From: Lingula anatina
Taxonomy: Eukaryota > Animalia > Brachiopoda
Assembly (NCBI GenBank): GCA_051362555.1
Contig: CM120642.1
Span: 10,044,001-10,108,000, forward strand
DNA: 64,000 nt
Direction: 5' to 3'
Shown here: positions 11,835 to 31,099 of the stretch, piece after piece
Layout of the letters: each line of letters opens with the position of its first letter
How positions within the stretch are numbered: position 1 is the stretch's first letter
Made by a program: the position numbers and the translations under genes
The notes under the pieces: model-generated
The model's database searches: none
The model's input: only the letters and a program-made list of their open reading frames with translations
Told to the model about the DNA's origin: nothing

Positions 11835-13194
11835 GTTTACAGTTTGCTAAAGACCATTAATGTCTTTGCTGTAAGATGCATAGCCAAGGGCAGATATCGA
11901 CACTTGCACCAGTAATGTCAACATTTGGCTCATAACCCTAGCTAGACCTGCTTCTCTTGTTAGCTTCTGAAGTGATCAAAACGCACAGAAAGAACTTGAA
12001 CTGATTACATTATTTATATTTATTCATATACAGGCCCCATGGCGAGAGTGACGTTCCCCTTTTGATTTTACTGGAATTGACTGAAAACTGTAGCCCGAGC
12101 TTTGACGTTTTACGACAATATTTTGTCCCCCAATCATTGCCCTGTCATGTTCTTACGTATATTACATATTATTACATATATATATGTGTAGTTTCAATAG
12201 AAATGGAAGGGATTTGAGCGCCTAAACGGTGTGCAGCTAAACAAATTCCAGCATAACTCACTCCCCACCCGTTCCTCAGGCTCAGATTTGGGCGTGTCTG
12301 TGTGAAGGGTAGTTGATATTATGTATTTCTTCCGTTTGTAAGATTGATACATGTACGATTTCTCGGCCTGTTGCCACTTACTCTTAAATACTCAGTACAG
12401 GAACTGATTACTTCAAAGTTCTCGTAATGAGGCTTTACCTCACAATTCCCTGAATAAAAAAATAAGTTTGCTCATAAGCGAACTGTGATAGGGATTACTT
12501 CATTTTGTAACATATCGAATACTTTATCACGCGTACGTTTCGTGGGCGCTGACATATTTAAAAACAGTTTCCTCTCACATAATCACGAATTCTCTCGTGG
12601 CCTAAATTGAAAAATTCTGAGTCATTTTACAGTGGAAACACTTCAACAGTCGATAAAGAATAATGAGTGCATGATTCCATGGCTGTTGCACATTGTTCAC
12701 GGCTTTCCCTCACAGAATGCTTTGCTCTATTGTTGGCGCTTGATACCTTGGACTATCTGTCGCCAAAAATAGTGACGTCATCCAAGGTTCGCGCACTTGT
12801 TAGCCCACTCACCTTCTTTCGACTGCGCTCTTCAACTTAGATCGGGATTGTTGGTAAAATACAATATCCAAACAATCAGTGGGGGAATTATATATGATTT
12901 TATGATTTTAAGTTTAAGTAATCAACGTGAAATACTAAAAGATGGTAGTTTTATGTGGAACATTTTTGTATAGGAACACAGTAATGCGTATGAATCTCTG
13001 CGATATATTTTTGTTCTTCGCCTCCAGTCTTACTGTCGCCAGCTTTCAGCATAGACTCTGTGGGCCATGCAGTTGAACGCGGCAACGTAAAACGAAATTA
13101 GCATTTAATATCTATTTTCAAGGTTAGGACACCCGTCTGCTCTTACACAGTGTTGTTGCTAAGCTGACCTTTCAACGTAAGAACAGAGAACCAG
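11835..13194. promoter_or_regulatory. CpG-rich divergent promoter region between GSTCD and Smad1/5
   Basis: CpG is visibly enriched relative to the gene bodies. Palindromic CRE TGACGTCA at 12773-12780. A plus-strand donor CCAG|gtaata at 13194 is a candidate end for a non-coding Smad exon 1. TSS positions cannot be determined from sequence. Confidence 0.6.
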
Positions 13195-13994
13195 GTAATA
13201 TTCAGTAGCTTTTCTTGGGATTAAATTAGACTTTTATGATGGGACGGCCATGTTGCAACTTTGTTTTGCTTGTTTGGGGAGGGGAGCAGGGGTGCTACAT
13301 TGTGATCACAGGTCACACTTTTTATTGATCATGTAAAATAACCACGGCGACTATCAAGAGTGCATGTGCCATGATGAGAAATGCAGTAATTGAGCTACTG
13401 ATTTCTGCCAGCATGTTCATAAAATATGCATCACTTGTAAGTTCAAACAAGCAAATCAGTCAGCTATGATTCATTTATTTGTAGGCTGAATTTCTTGGGA
13501 GACAAATTGTTCATGCTGATGTAAAGTGTTCCATGTAAATACTGGTATATGCTTCAGGAGTTTCCATGCATTCTTTGTTGAGCTGACATTAGCATAACGG
13601 AATCACCTCTAAAATTTAGTCAATATTTTATCTGCAATGTTACTTGTGCATTGATCATATATCTCTTTGACTGTTGTCATATTGTTTCCACATTGGAATT
13701 TTGTATAATTCAGGATTGTATGATGGCAAGTAATTTTCTATAATAATGCACTGTTTATATATTACAATTTAGAATAAGGTTTCAGAAATCTTATGTTTAG
13801 ATGGGCAATGATGTGCACACTGACAGTTAGTGTGGATCACTTCTCACCCATTTTATTATCAATTTTACCTGTAGATAAAACTGGGAAAGATGTCCCATAA
13901 AGAAAAAAGGAGGTGACAGTTGTCAGAGCAAACATTTACTGATTCAAACAGCTGATAGTGTTGGCGCTGACAGTTTGAATCCACTGATGTACTC

Positions 13995-15628
13995 CAGACA
14001 TGCTGAAAACTTTTCAGAACTGCCGGACATTCGGACCGGCAGTGATGAAAACTTTGCCGGACCGAATGGACTTTTGCCGGACCGAAAATGTCCATTCAAT
14101 AATGGAAACGTTTTGTTTGCATAGTAGTACACAGAAGTAACTCTTGTAAATACATATTCAGTAATACTATTAAATAATTTGGACATGTTGTAAATTTAAA
14201 AAAAACAAAAACACACACTTGTGAAGCACTGCTTTATTGTTGTACTCATTTCACAAGTTCCAGGGTTCATACAGGCCTTTAGAAGAGCTTGATTTTGTTT
14301 CTTCCTTTGAAAGTCCTTGAATTTCACACTTAGTCCTTTGTCCTTTAATTCAATAGTGCACGTAAGGCTTAAAGAAATTCATCATATATTTCACATCCCT
14401 GTCATAAATTTAGGTTAATTATAAATTTTATCATGATCAATTTCTCAAAAAAATTAATATTGTTTCAAATTGAAATGAATTTGATAAAAAAATTAAATGA
14501 AAAAAACTCATTTCCACTGTTCAACAGTAGCAAAATTTGCTCTTGGTCAATTTCTCCTTTCCTTGAAAATAATTTGCAAATTTTGATGCTACACAAACAG
14601 TAAAGATTGTAGTCCGAATGGGAGTGCCAATGCATGAAACATGCTAGCCACTTCACTGTATCTGTCTCATCTGCATGGAAACGAACGGCTTCCTGGTCAG
14701 GACTCGACGATATCATAATCTAAAATAATAAAAATGTACATACTGATAATATGAAAACTGTAACTGGTACTGGTAACAGGTATCGCGTTTATGCTTACGG
14801 GATATTTAAAATCTGTGAACCATTATGTTCATACACCACGGATCGAGTTTTTTCGGTAGGTTCGAGGAAGCGACCGAACTGTCAAACTTTTTTTACGTAA
14901 AACGTCGCAATGCGGAAGGCACTGCCGCGTATTAGCTGAATGCAAACGAAAGTACCCATTAGTTAAATATCGTTACAATCACCATTGATTACGCATAATA
15001 TTCAGTCCTATAATTCTGAAATCGTTTTTACTGAGTGAATCGGGTGACCTCATTTCCATGTAGGCTACTATCAATTGACGCTTTTTTCTACCTAAAAGAA
15101 CGAATAACGATGTATACGTACCTTCGAAGGTCAGGCGTCATTATCCTTGGTTCCTATATGAATAATTGTTCTTGAGAAAGGAGTCAGGCGTCCAAGTTAA
15201 GCAGTAAACATTTTTTCCTGCATGTTTACGTGCTTGGCAGCGTGGACCGCCCTCGTGAAAGCTGTCTGTGTGTCGCGGCCAACATACCAATGACCGGGGC
15301 GCGTAATTATCGAGAGCAGGGGGATTCCCCATGGGGAAGAACCCATTCGTTTGAGAGAGGGATAATACGATTGGCTAGCGTACTTTGTAAGTGAATGTGA
15401 CCGAAATGTGGTCACTTTTACGTGTCACTAGATTAGTAAATGGAAGAAAAAATGATGTGGATTTTATATAATTTTATTTCTGAAGCACATCGAACGCTAA
15501 CTGTTAATTCAAAATGGCGGCTCTTAAAACTCTTGTCGGTCCTTTGGACCGACAAAGTACAATATTTTACCGGTCCAGACAAATTTTGCCGGTCATGACC
15601 GATCGGACCGACAGTTTCAGCATGTCTG
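13995..15628. mobile_element. Non-autonomous TIR DNA transposon, 1634 bp, 7-bp TSD (hAT- or P-like)
   Basis: TGTACTC|CAGACATGCTGAAA...TTTCAGCATGTCTG|TGTACTC: perfect 14-bp TIR. Subterminal CGGACCG/CGGTCC repeats at both ends. No transposase ORF. Confidence 0.88.
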
Positions 15629-17321
15629 TGTACTCTAGCAGTGATAAAAACAGCTAATTAGCTTACCTTGTTAAATTCTTGGTCATATTGTGGCACAAAC
15701 GGTATGCACAGTTCTGCCTTGCCATACCTGAAGCAGTTGGTGTGTCAAAGGTGACACTGAAGTTTGTATTTCTCATTATCCAAACAAATTGAACAACAAA
15801 GTGCCCTCTGTGTTTAAACTAGAAAGGTTGTGTAGTGCACTGGAATATGTAATCACCCCTTCAACAAATAATATCCTACTAAATTAATAGCAGTCAAACT
15901 GCTTTTAATGAACTAGCACTGTCACTTACTTTTAATTTGGAATCTTTGTGAAGCAGACATCTGAAGGTAAAGGTAACACTTGTATACTAACAAGTAAGTA
16001 AAATTATTATTATTTGAAGTTAAGATATTATCTGATACTTAATGATAAAAACATTGCATTGCTGACTTTGTCTACTACTGATGGTGGAACAATAGAAAAA
16101 AAAATTGCTCTTAATGTTGAGACAGGTTCGTTCAGTATTACTGACTCATATCTGAATCCGCCTCCTTTCCTTTTCTTTAAAAAGCCTGAAATAGTCATTC
16201 AGATAATTTTGCATTGTAAAGGTCCATTAAACATTGTTATGTATTGTGCAATGTAATTTTTCATGAAAACAGTGTAATGTATTGTGTGACTGAACCTCTG
16301 GTGTCACTGGGTAAGTTATTGCAGGAAGTTTAAGGTTAGAGCATACAGGCACCTGGATGTACATCGCTACTGCGTATTTCACTACCTCCAGGCTAAATGA
16401 ATAAAGATCTGCTGAGAAACATTTTGAGATGATTAATTAGTATGGATGGTTGTTTTTCAGCACAGAGGAATTTCTCTAAAATTCTACCTAAAATTGCCAC
16501 CCTTTATGATTCCATGAAAACTGAGAATGATAGCATTTCTTCATAAGAGTTCTGTGTAGCTATATTAAAGATTTGAAAAAAGCAATTAAGATAGTGGTTT
16601 TATTTCTCTTAAATATTTATGTTTGGATTCCACACCATCAAATGAACTTACATTGATGCTCAATATGTTAAGCCTGTAGGTTCAATCTTCTTAATGGAAA
16701 TTAAAAATCACAGAAATAATTTGATGAAATATTAGCATGCTGTGTCTCATATTTACAGGCAGAAAAGCAAATCGTTCTTAATCATTGGGAAACATTTTAT
16801 TTTTAGTTGTGTAAAATCAGGATGAAGTTGGGTTCTTCTGTGTGTCATTTTGGTGCGTGCTGGCTAATTGTATTTCCCACCCACACATTGGGTAATAGTA
16901 GTGATCACCAATGTAATGAGAGACCCCAATAGCTAATTGGAGTATTGACCTGGTATGTAGGCTGTCCAAGAATAAGTTCCTGTGCCCATGGGAAGTAGAT
17001 GGGCTAGTAATTAGTGTCAGGTGGAATAGTTATGTTACCTGATTACAAAGTAGGGGTAAGTCACAAGGTGGTTCAGGGTAGACTGTTACAACAGTTGAGG
17101 GGTTGTAAACTGAAAAGCTCTTGCACTTTCTCTGTGTTAGCTAAAATGATATCTGTTCTAATAGATGGATAAATTAAAGGGATTTTGTGACATTGTTTGA
17201 AAAATTATTCTTCCTAAAAAAGAAATATAAGAGAAAATTTTTGAAATATCAGATTTGTCTGACAGTTAAGTAACACAGTGAGTTTTCTTCCTGGTTAAGT
17301 CAAATTTGTCTTTTATGGTTT

Positions 17322-20300
17322 TTATGTACAGACACAGATGTGTCTGTACATATTGCCATCACCTGCGTCTGTCGTCGCCGTCGCCGATCATGTCGCCGTC
17401 GCCGTCGCCGTCGCCGTGCACTTTCAGCGTTAACACCATAAGTGGAAGACAGTTTTACTTTTTGGCTTTATATTTACAGAGCTGACTAATATTCATAAAA
17501 CGCAGGTCAAGTTCGAAAATCAGCATGATCGGGCCATTATTGTAGAATTTATGCTGTTTTTTCACTTTTTAGCATATATACAACACTGTTAACACATTTC
17601 AAGGAAAACCGATAGGCCTGTTGTCATGAAACTCACAGGAGTAATCAGTCTTACTAAAATGCAGATCAAGTTCGAAAATCGGCATGATCGGGCCACTATT
17701 TTAGTAGTTATGCTGTTTTTTCACTTTTCAGCATATATGCAACACTGTTAACACATTTCAAGGAAAACCGATAGACCTGTTGTCATGAAACTCACAGGAG
17801 TAATCAATCTTACTAAAACGCAGGTCAAGTTCGAAAATCGGCATGATCGGGCCACCATTTTACTAGTTATGCTGTTTTTTACACTTTTCAGCATATATGC
17901 AACACTGTAAACACAATATAAGAAAAACAGACGGGCCAATTGTCATGAAAGTCACAGGAGTGGTCAATTTTACTAAAATGCAGGTTGAGTTCGTAAATCA
18001 GCATAATCGTGCCATTATTTTTCACATATTGGCATTTTCAAGGTGTGACTTTGAAGTTCCACAGGCTTGAAGACCCAGGCTAGTCACATTTTCTGAAAAT
18101 CCATGATACATATATTTTGTTATTAAAAATTGATTGTCATTATGCTGATAACCATTATGTAATATTGCATCAGAATAGAAGAAAACACAATTTTGGGTGC
18201 TGCTGCCATGATGACCATTATGGGAAAACCATGTTACTTATGATTGCCAAACGTTCAAAAAAGAAATACAGGACTAAAATGCAGCCTAAGTTGGAAAAGC
18301 AGTCTAATTGACTTCTTTTTCTGGAAGTTTTACATTTTCAAAGTGTGAACTTGAACTCCCATGGGCCTGAAGCCTTATGCTTGTTTCACATTTTACTTAC
18401 ATTGGTATTACCTGTTGAGCATAATTAGTACCACCAGCGTGTACGCTGGCGGTACTCATGGTTTTAGTCCCGACCCGTCTCGTACAGCTCCGCCGGCTCC
18501 TGCGGCTCCTGCGGCTCCTGCAGCTCCGCAGGATGACGTGGGATACAAGTCACCGTTACCGCTTCTCCTCCTAGACCGCAAGGACCTGTGTCCCCATCTC
18601 TTGGATTTAGGTCACATATAATCTCAACTTGAACACCCAGGTTTTTTTGTCTCAGTTGGTGCATTGACCTGGGCGTGACGCTCGTTGAAACGCACCCTTG
18701 TCAAAATTTTTGAAAATTCAATGCTAAATATCTCCCAAACCAATGGAATTATGGGAAAAATTTCTACAGATGGCTGACCGAAAGTCATATGTGAGGATTT
18801 CAAATATGCCCTTGGATTTGACCTTTGACCTTTATTTCAAGGTCAAATGGGCCAAAATTTTCTAAAAATTGGAAATTTTTGCAAGAAAATTTTTATTTCA
18901 GCCAATTTTCAGAAACTAAACAGATCTTACCTATAATATTATGGGCAGGTGTTACCCTTAGGGTCATCTTTCATTTTCGTGAGTTTGGGGTCAATCGGTG
19001 CATTTTCATGGTAGCAGCAGCTATTAGATGTCGAAACTGAAAACTCTCTCTAATTCTAGTACTGTTAATGCTAGAGACCTCTTGTTTTATGCATTTTGTA
19101 GAACTTGTCAAGGGCAACACTGGGGGGTGGTGTCTATTTTTTTGTTTTCAATACGGCTAAGGCATTGCACTATATCAAAAAGTTCAACATCCTAAATTCA
19201 GTTGTGAAAATAAAATGTGAAATACTCAAAAATTAGCAGAGATATGCCCATAGTTACTTTTGAACTTGAATAGGAAGTCATATACTGGTAATATAACTGT
19301 GACCTTGAAATTGACCTTTGACCTACTTTTCATGATGAAATGCACTTTGCAAGTTTTCTGATCTTTATATCTCCAAAACTGGCAAAGATACGCCCATAGT
19401 TACTATTGAACTTGAAAAGGAAGTCATATAATGGCAATCTAACTGTGATCCTGAAATTGACATCTGACCTAATTTTCACCATGAACTGAACTTTCAAATT
19501 TTCCAGCCCTTATATCTCTAAAACTGGCAGAGGTACATCCATAGTTACTGTTGAACTTGAGTGGGAAGTCATATACTGGTAATCTAACTGTGACCTTGAA
19601 ATTGACCTTTGACCTACTTTTCACCATGAACTGAACTTTGAAAAAATTCTCTCCCTTATATCTCAAAAACTGGCAGAGATAAGCCCATAGTTACTATTGA
19701 ATCTAAATAGGAAGTCTTATACTGGCAATCTAACTGTGACCTTGAAATTGACCTTTGACCTACTTTTTATGATGAACTGTACTTTGCATGTTTTCTGACC
19801 TTTACATTTCCAAAATTGGCAAGGAAATGCCCATAGTTACTATTGAACTTGAATAGAAAGTCATGTACTGTGACCTTGAAATTGACCTACTTTTTCATCA
19901 TGAACTGAACTTTGCATATTTTCGTGCCCCTCACATCTTCAAAACAAGCAGAGATATGCCCAGTGTTGCCCCTAGGTTTTCTCTTTTCTCAGCATATATG
20001 CAACACTGATAACTCATTTCAAGGAAAAGCAATAGGCCTATTGTCCAGAAAATCACAGGAGTGATCAATGTTAGGAAAATACAGGCCAATTGGAAAATCC
20101 GCTTGATTGAACCATTTTTATGTTATATTTTTTTCGATTTTTTTTTCATACTTTGAGAATTCTTGTTTATTGCATAGAGCTTGTCAAGGACAAGACTGGT
20201 TGTGGTGTCCCTTTTTTTGGGGGGGGGGGGGTTCCATTCGAATGCTCTTACTCCAGCTGGTGGTACAATATCCGGAGGCGGTATCGCCTCTCTGATCCTC

Positions 20301-20423
20301 TAGTTAAAATTTGATGTTGAATTTGCAGTTTAACATAATGTACTTTTGCATCAGAATTGACAATAGCCTATTTTGTTATTTCCTGCTTTTTGTCTGTACA
20401 TTTGACAGCTTTGCTGCCTTGTT
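17322..20423 (+). mobile_element. HINE family A copy in Smad intron 1, interrupted by nested element B
   Basis: 5' 14-bp perfect hairpin tatgtacagacaca-ga-tgtgtctgtacata (17323-17352), (GTCGCC)n microsatellite, about 160-bp tandem units (17572, 17731, 17891), 3' subTIR tgtctgtacat, small cagc-ttt-gctg palindrome, T-rich flanks. This is DINE-1/HINE architecture. Confidence 0.82.
18427..20304 (+). mobile_element. HINE family B nested in family A
   Basis: 5' hairpin agtaccaccagcgt-gt-acgctggcggtact, GCGGCTCCT repeats, five units of about 146 bp (19230-19960), 3' subTIR gctggtggtac (20256-20266), palindrome gaggcg-gtat-cgcctc, CTAGT end. The host sequence gcataat/taaaatttg is contiguous in the other family A copies. 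Confidence 0.85.
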
Positions 20424-21981
20424 TAAACTTTGAAAGATCAGTTTGTTTAAAAAGGGAATTGTAAAGAATCATACATAAAGTGCTGAGCGCATTTGACCTA
20501 CTCCTGAAGAAAACAGCAGTAAGTGTCATTATGATGACATCCTAAATACTCTTAGGCTAAATTGAAGTGGACAGCCTGCATGTCGTCCAACATTTGGCAG
20601 TTGTGTTCTTAAATGAATATGGACTTAAGTAGTGAAAATTTTGTCTGGGTCCCAGAGAGAAAATCTAATGTGTATTGTTTGGGTTAATGAAGTGAAATTG
20701 GTGCAGTATTGGACATAATTACATGTAAGAAAATGTGATGGTGTTTATAGATCTAAAGTGGACAAGAAGCTTATCAGTCTTTGAATAACTTAATAAAGTT
20801 TATTTGAATAATGTGAAGATTAAATAATGTTTCTAATTGTAGAAGTATTTAACAAAGTTAATAGTGATGGCTATAAATTAAAATCACACTGAACACCCCC
20901 CCTCCCCCGCAATACACCTCAGGATTATAAGATCTCAGGAAACATTGTTAAATCTTTTGTGCTGTCATTGCTCGAAGTAGCAGAAACTGTAGCCTATTTG
21001 AAGTGTTTATGCAATGAGTCAGTTGTTGGCTTTTGTCAGTTGTACTTGGTACTTGAAGTACTCCTTATACCTGGTGTGTTATTGAATAATACATGGAATG
21101 TGGACAGAAATGAATAATCATAATAGTTGTAAATAATCTGCTTTAATTGCTCTGTGGGATCATCTACCATAATTTTATCCAACAACCAGCACTAATGGTA
21201 AAATGAACTGCATATGAGGGAACTAAGATAAGATACAACAACATATTTGTACACTGAATTTTACACCAGCAGGAGTCCTGTGAGGTCAGGAACTATTTAA
21301 AAATGATATAGATTAGACAAGAACAACAGTTACAGATAACAACATTAGATATGCCTTGATGGTGCTCATGTCGGGAGAAGATGGAAACATTACATTTCAT
21401 AAATATTGTGATAAAGCTTAAATCTCAGGTTGTTAAACTACTGACATGAGAGATGCATTACTATTCTAGTAATTCAAAATAATAAGTGGAGATGGCACTG
21501 TTGCATGTAGGTCAGCAAGTTTTTATGTACTTATGTCCTGAAGTTGGACACTTGACCATTCTTTTGACCATCTCTATGTGAAAATGCTACAAACACATTG
21601 TGTTGAGAAGTTCCCTGTGGGGATTTGTCTCCCTGGAAAAGTGTGTGATAATCTAGTCGTGTCCAAGCAGGGATGGTAGACTGATATTTGATATTCATTT
21701 TACCTCAAGCACTGCAATTTCAAACCTAAATACGAAGTTCACGTTAGTAAAGTTTTTTGGTCTTGATAAAATAAGAAAGAAAGGCAGTCAGTGAGCAGAG
21801 TAGTGCCATATAATTTATTGATAACATGGTATAGTGGTTTGAAACCACACAGCAGAACGTGACCTTAGCTTCCCTATGTTCATAAAAATTTAATCTTGTT
21901 TTTTAATTGCCTGTGGATCTCTAGTCCTGTCTCTTCTTATCACATTTTAACAACTATTTTTGTCTCTTTTCCAGGCTATAA

Positions 21982-28212
<6,231 letters not shown>

Positions 28213-30326
28213 CCCCAAAAAGGAAACTCTTGTAGCCTATGGATCTTTAGACTTTGTCAATAACTTGATCCCTCATCACGGATCAAGTGTTACAGGTTTT
28301 TAATGTGCGAGTCATGTTTCCAGAGGTCTAGCTTTCAAACTGACCTGTACTGAGGTTTGAACTGCTGTTATGATTGTCAAATTTGGAAGACTGCTTACTG
28401 AGAAGATGATTGAAATTGTTGCTTGTATTGATTGTGGAAACTTTGTGAGGAGTAAACAAACCCATGGTAGGGTGGCTCAGCTTGTTGCTCCAATTTGAAA
28501 TGTGGTACAGAGCGATGACTAGAACGAAAAAAGCTTTCATCTCCACAAGATGTGTGTGAGTGCTAAAAGGGAAAATGTTCAGTGGCAAGAAAATAATAAA
28601 CCAAAAAGAAAAACACTAATTTGCTGAGACATCTTAGGAAGTGCCATACCACCTGCTGCCAACAGAGGCATGCATGATCCCATACGCTGCCACCAGAGCA
28701 CAAAACCCGACATTTTAGATAGCATAAAGAAGCAAGGCCACTTGGGGCCAATATTAGAGTTCAGCATCAGTTTTTGAAGGTTATAGATGCACAGAGTTAC
28801 AGCCCTCCCAAAGCCTTGTGAACAATTGATTTGAAATCTCGTTAAAAGATGTACTTTTGATGCTATTGTTTATATAGATGGGGGGATAAAAAAAAGTAGC
28901 TCTTTGTTTAAAAATAGCTTTTTTTTCCAAAATGATTTTTAAATGATGAAAAGCTTACGTATTTAAATCATATTATTCAAGCAAAGCTGACCAATCTTTT
29001 TAACTCTAAATAGAAAATGGCCTGAATAGATTTGGTGCAAAAGGCTCATAATTTTTTATACCTTTTTAAGATGTAAGCCAAAGAGTATGGCTCTAATGAG
29101 TGTTCCTGACAGCCCATGCCATACTATTAAGGAGTAATTGTATCTAGGCTAAACTTTTTGCAAAACTTTGTGATTTTTATTGAGCTTATTGTTTTTATTT
29201 TTTTTTATAGCTGAATGGGTTGTAACTGTAGTCATTTCAGCTTTAATATCATACTGCTGACAATGTATGTTAACATGTAACTGTTGGACCCTATGTATTC
29301 AAGTTACTTGGTTTCTTGTAGCACTGCTATAAATGGGCTATCTGTCATGCATTGTCATTGGTGTCCGTCTTACATTGTCATCCGCAACGATTTAACATTT
29401 TTAAGTACCACAGTAATTAACTGTACAGAGTAACAGTGATATAATCCATAGATTCCCTTTTTTCGTGGAATTCCAATTCCAAATATTGAATTAAGGTTTT
29501 AATGGTTTTTAATTTTATTCTTTTTAATTTAAAGTAGAAATTAAAAGGCTTGTGGTTACCTGTAATGGCTGTAAGGTTTATTTTAGGGGAAATCCTTAAA
29601 ATGGTAGAGGGAAATGTCTGCTGCAGAAAGTGAAGTTTACTTATGATTAAATGTTTTATTGATATTAAGAATAATTTTGCATTTGCACTAGCTTTTGAAA
29701 ATGTGGATCTTTATTTCAACTGTTGGCCAATGGCTGCTTAAGCAAAGTTGCTTTACACCAATTGAGAAATAGTGCAATAGGCACACAAAACTGTGTACTT
29801 GGAATAACCAAATACCATAAAATGGTGCCAAGATTTTTGGTGAAGTAAGTTTATTTTTTACCTTGCATAGCTGTATTTTTTGTAAAACTGAGATTTCGCT
29901 TCAACATTGTCAGTTTTACAGTGATGGTGTAACTTTGGGTGGGGAGGGCGCATTTTGTAAATCATACCTGCATGTGATGCTCAGTAGTTGATTAAGGGTT
30001 TCCTTCTGGGTTCCTTTCATAGGGATATATGCCCATTTTACTGGGTATTCCAAAACCAGTTGAAAAATGGGATTAGCCAAGAATTGGATGATAAACAATT
30101 GCCTGTTAGGTTGTATATTTTGATGAGAGTTCTTAAGTTTATTCATAAATCATGTTATAATTTGCCTCATATTTCCAAAACAATGAAATTGAGTCTTGAT
30201 CAAATTTATGTATTTAGGAAATGGTAATGATGTTGCTTAGATTTGTCTTAACCTTTGTATGCTAGAGTAGAGAGAACAAAGTAGCTGTAATATTGGCCAC
30301 TGCTGATGTATTTACAAACATTTTGT

Positions 30327-30332
30327 AATAAA
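30327..30332 (+). terminator. Candidate polyadenylation signal of Smad1/5 (3' UTR of about 2.1 kb)
   Basis: AATAAA preceded by TGTA motifs and followed by T/GT-rich sequence, upstream of the CpG-rich zone at about 31100. An alternative AATAAA lies at 31764. Confidence 0.4.
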
Positions 30333-31099
30333 CAAATATATACTTATATCTTTGTCAAGTATTATACATGTATATTACCCTTGCATATTTGCATGATATA
30401 CTAATGTTAAAATATTGATTGGGAACAATTATGTAAGAAAATATTATGTACAGAGCCGAGCCTGTACCACCTGATTTTCACTTAAAATGTAGGAAGGTTG
30501 CTTTGGATTTACTATCATCTAAACAAGAAAGTTTTCTCAAATTATGAAAAAAGAAAAAAAAAAAAAAAAAAAAAAAAAAGGGCTGTCTCTGGTTACCTGG
30601 TCATGCACCACTGATGTGTAAGACAATTTTAACCATACAACTAAGTCCATTTTCTGTTATTTAAAATTAAATGGCGAAAAAAAAAAAAGACTTGAAAGTG
30701 CCAATTTAACCCCAGACGAGTCCATAATGTATAAGAAACTGATTGATTATATTCTTGAAATTAATTATGAAGGTAGTTTTAGTAAAATGTCTGGACATAA
30801 TTTAAAGAATAGCTTAATCCAACATGAAAAGAATTGCCTTGAAAAATAAATAGTGAAAAGTTCTGAAGCCTACATTTGATTCTCGATTTGCCTGGCCAAC
30901 CTGTGAAATAAGTTCAAATTATGATGCATTTTAAAGATATTAGATTGGTCATTTTATATTGTCTTAAAGACGACTGAATATGACTGTAATTTGCATTAGA
31001 CTATTTCAAACCATAACATAGCAATGGTGAAGATGCTGGAAGTAAATGACTGGATGTGGAGATGGTATTTTTGGAAGACTTGAAATGTGACTAAAATAG

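Noticed and set aside
13141-13165. IRE-like C-ttaca-CAGTGT-tgttg in the putative Smad 5' UTR exon
   Set aside because: The upper stem has a U-U mismatch and the pair below the bulged C is also mismatched, so it does not meet the IRE consensus.
14261-14330. cagggttcatacagg...aaagtccttgaattt, resembling a DNA transposon end
   Set aside because: No partner TIR found; at most a fragment.
18361-18664. ORFs containing PAAPAAP / QEPQEP repeats
   Set aside because: They are translations of the GCGGCTCCT microsatellite of HINE B.
19230-19960. Regularly spaced repeats considered as a CRISPR-like array
   Set aside because: Whole units are similar with no unique spacers, the context is eukaryotic, and the array is internal to a HINE.
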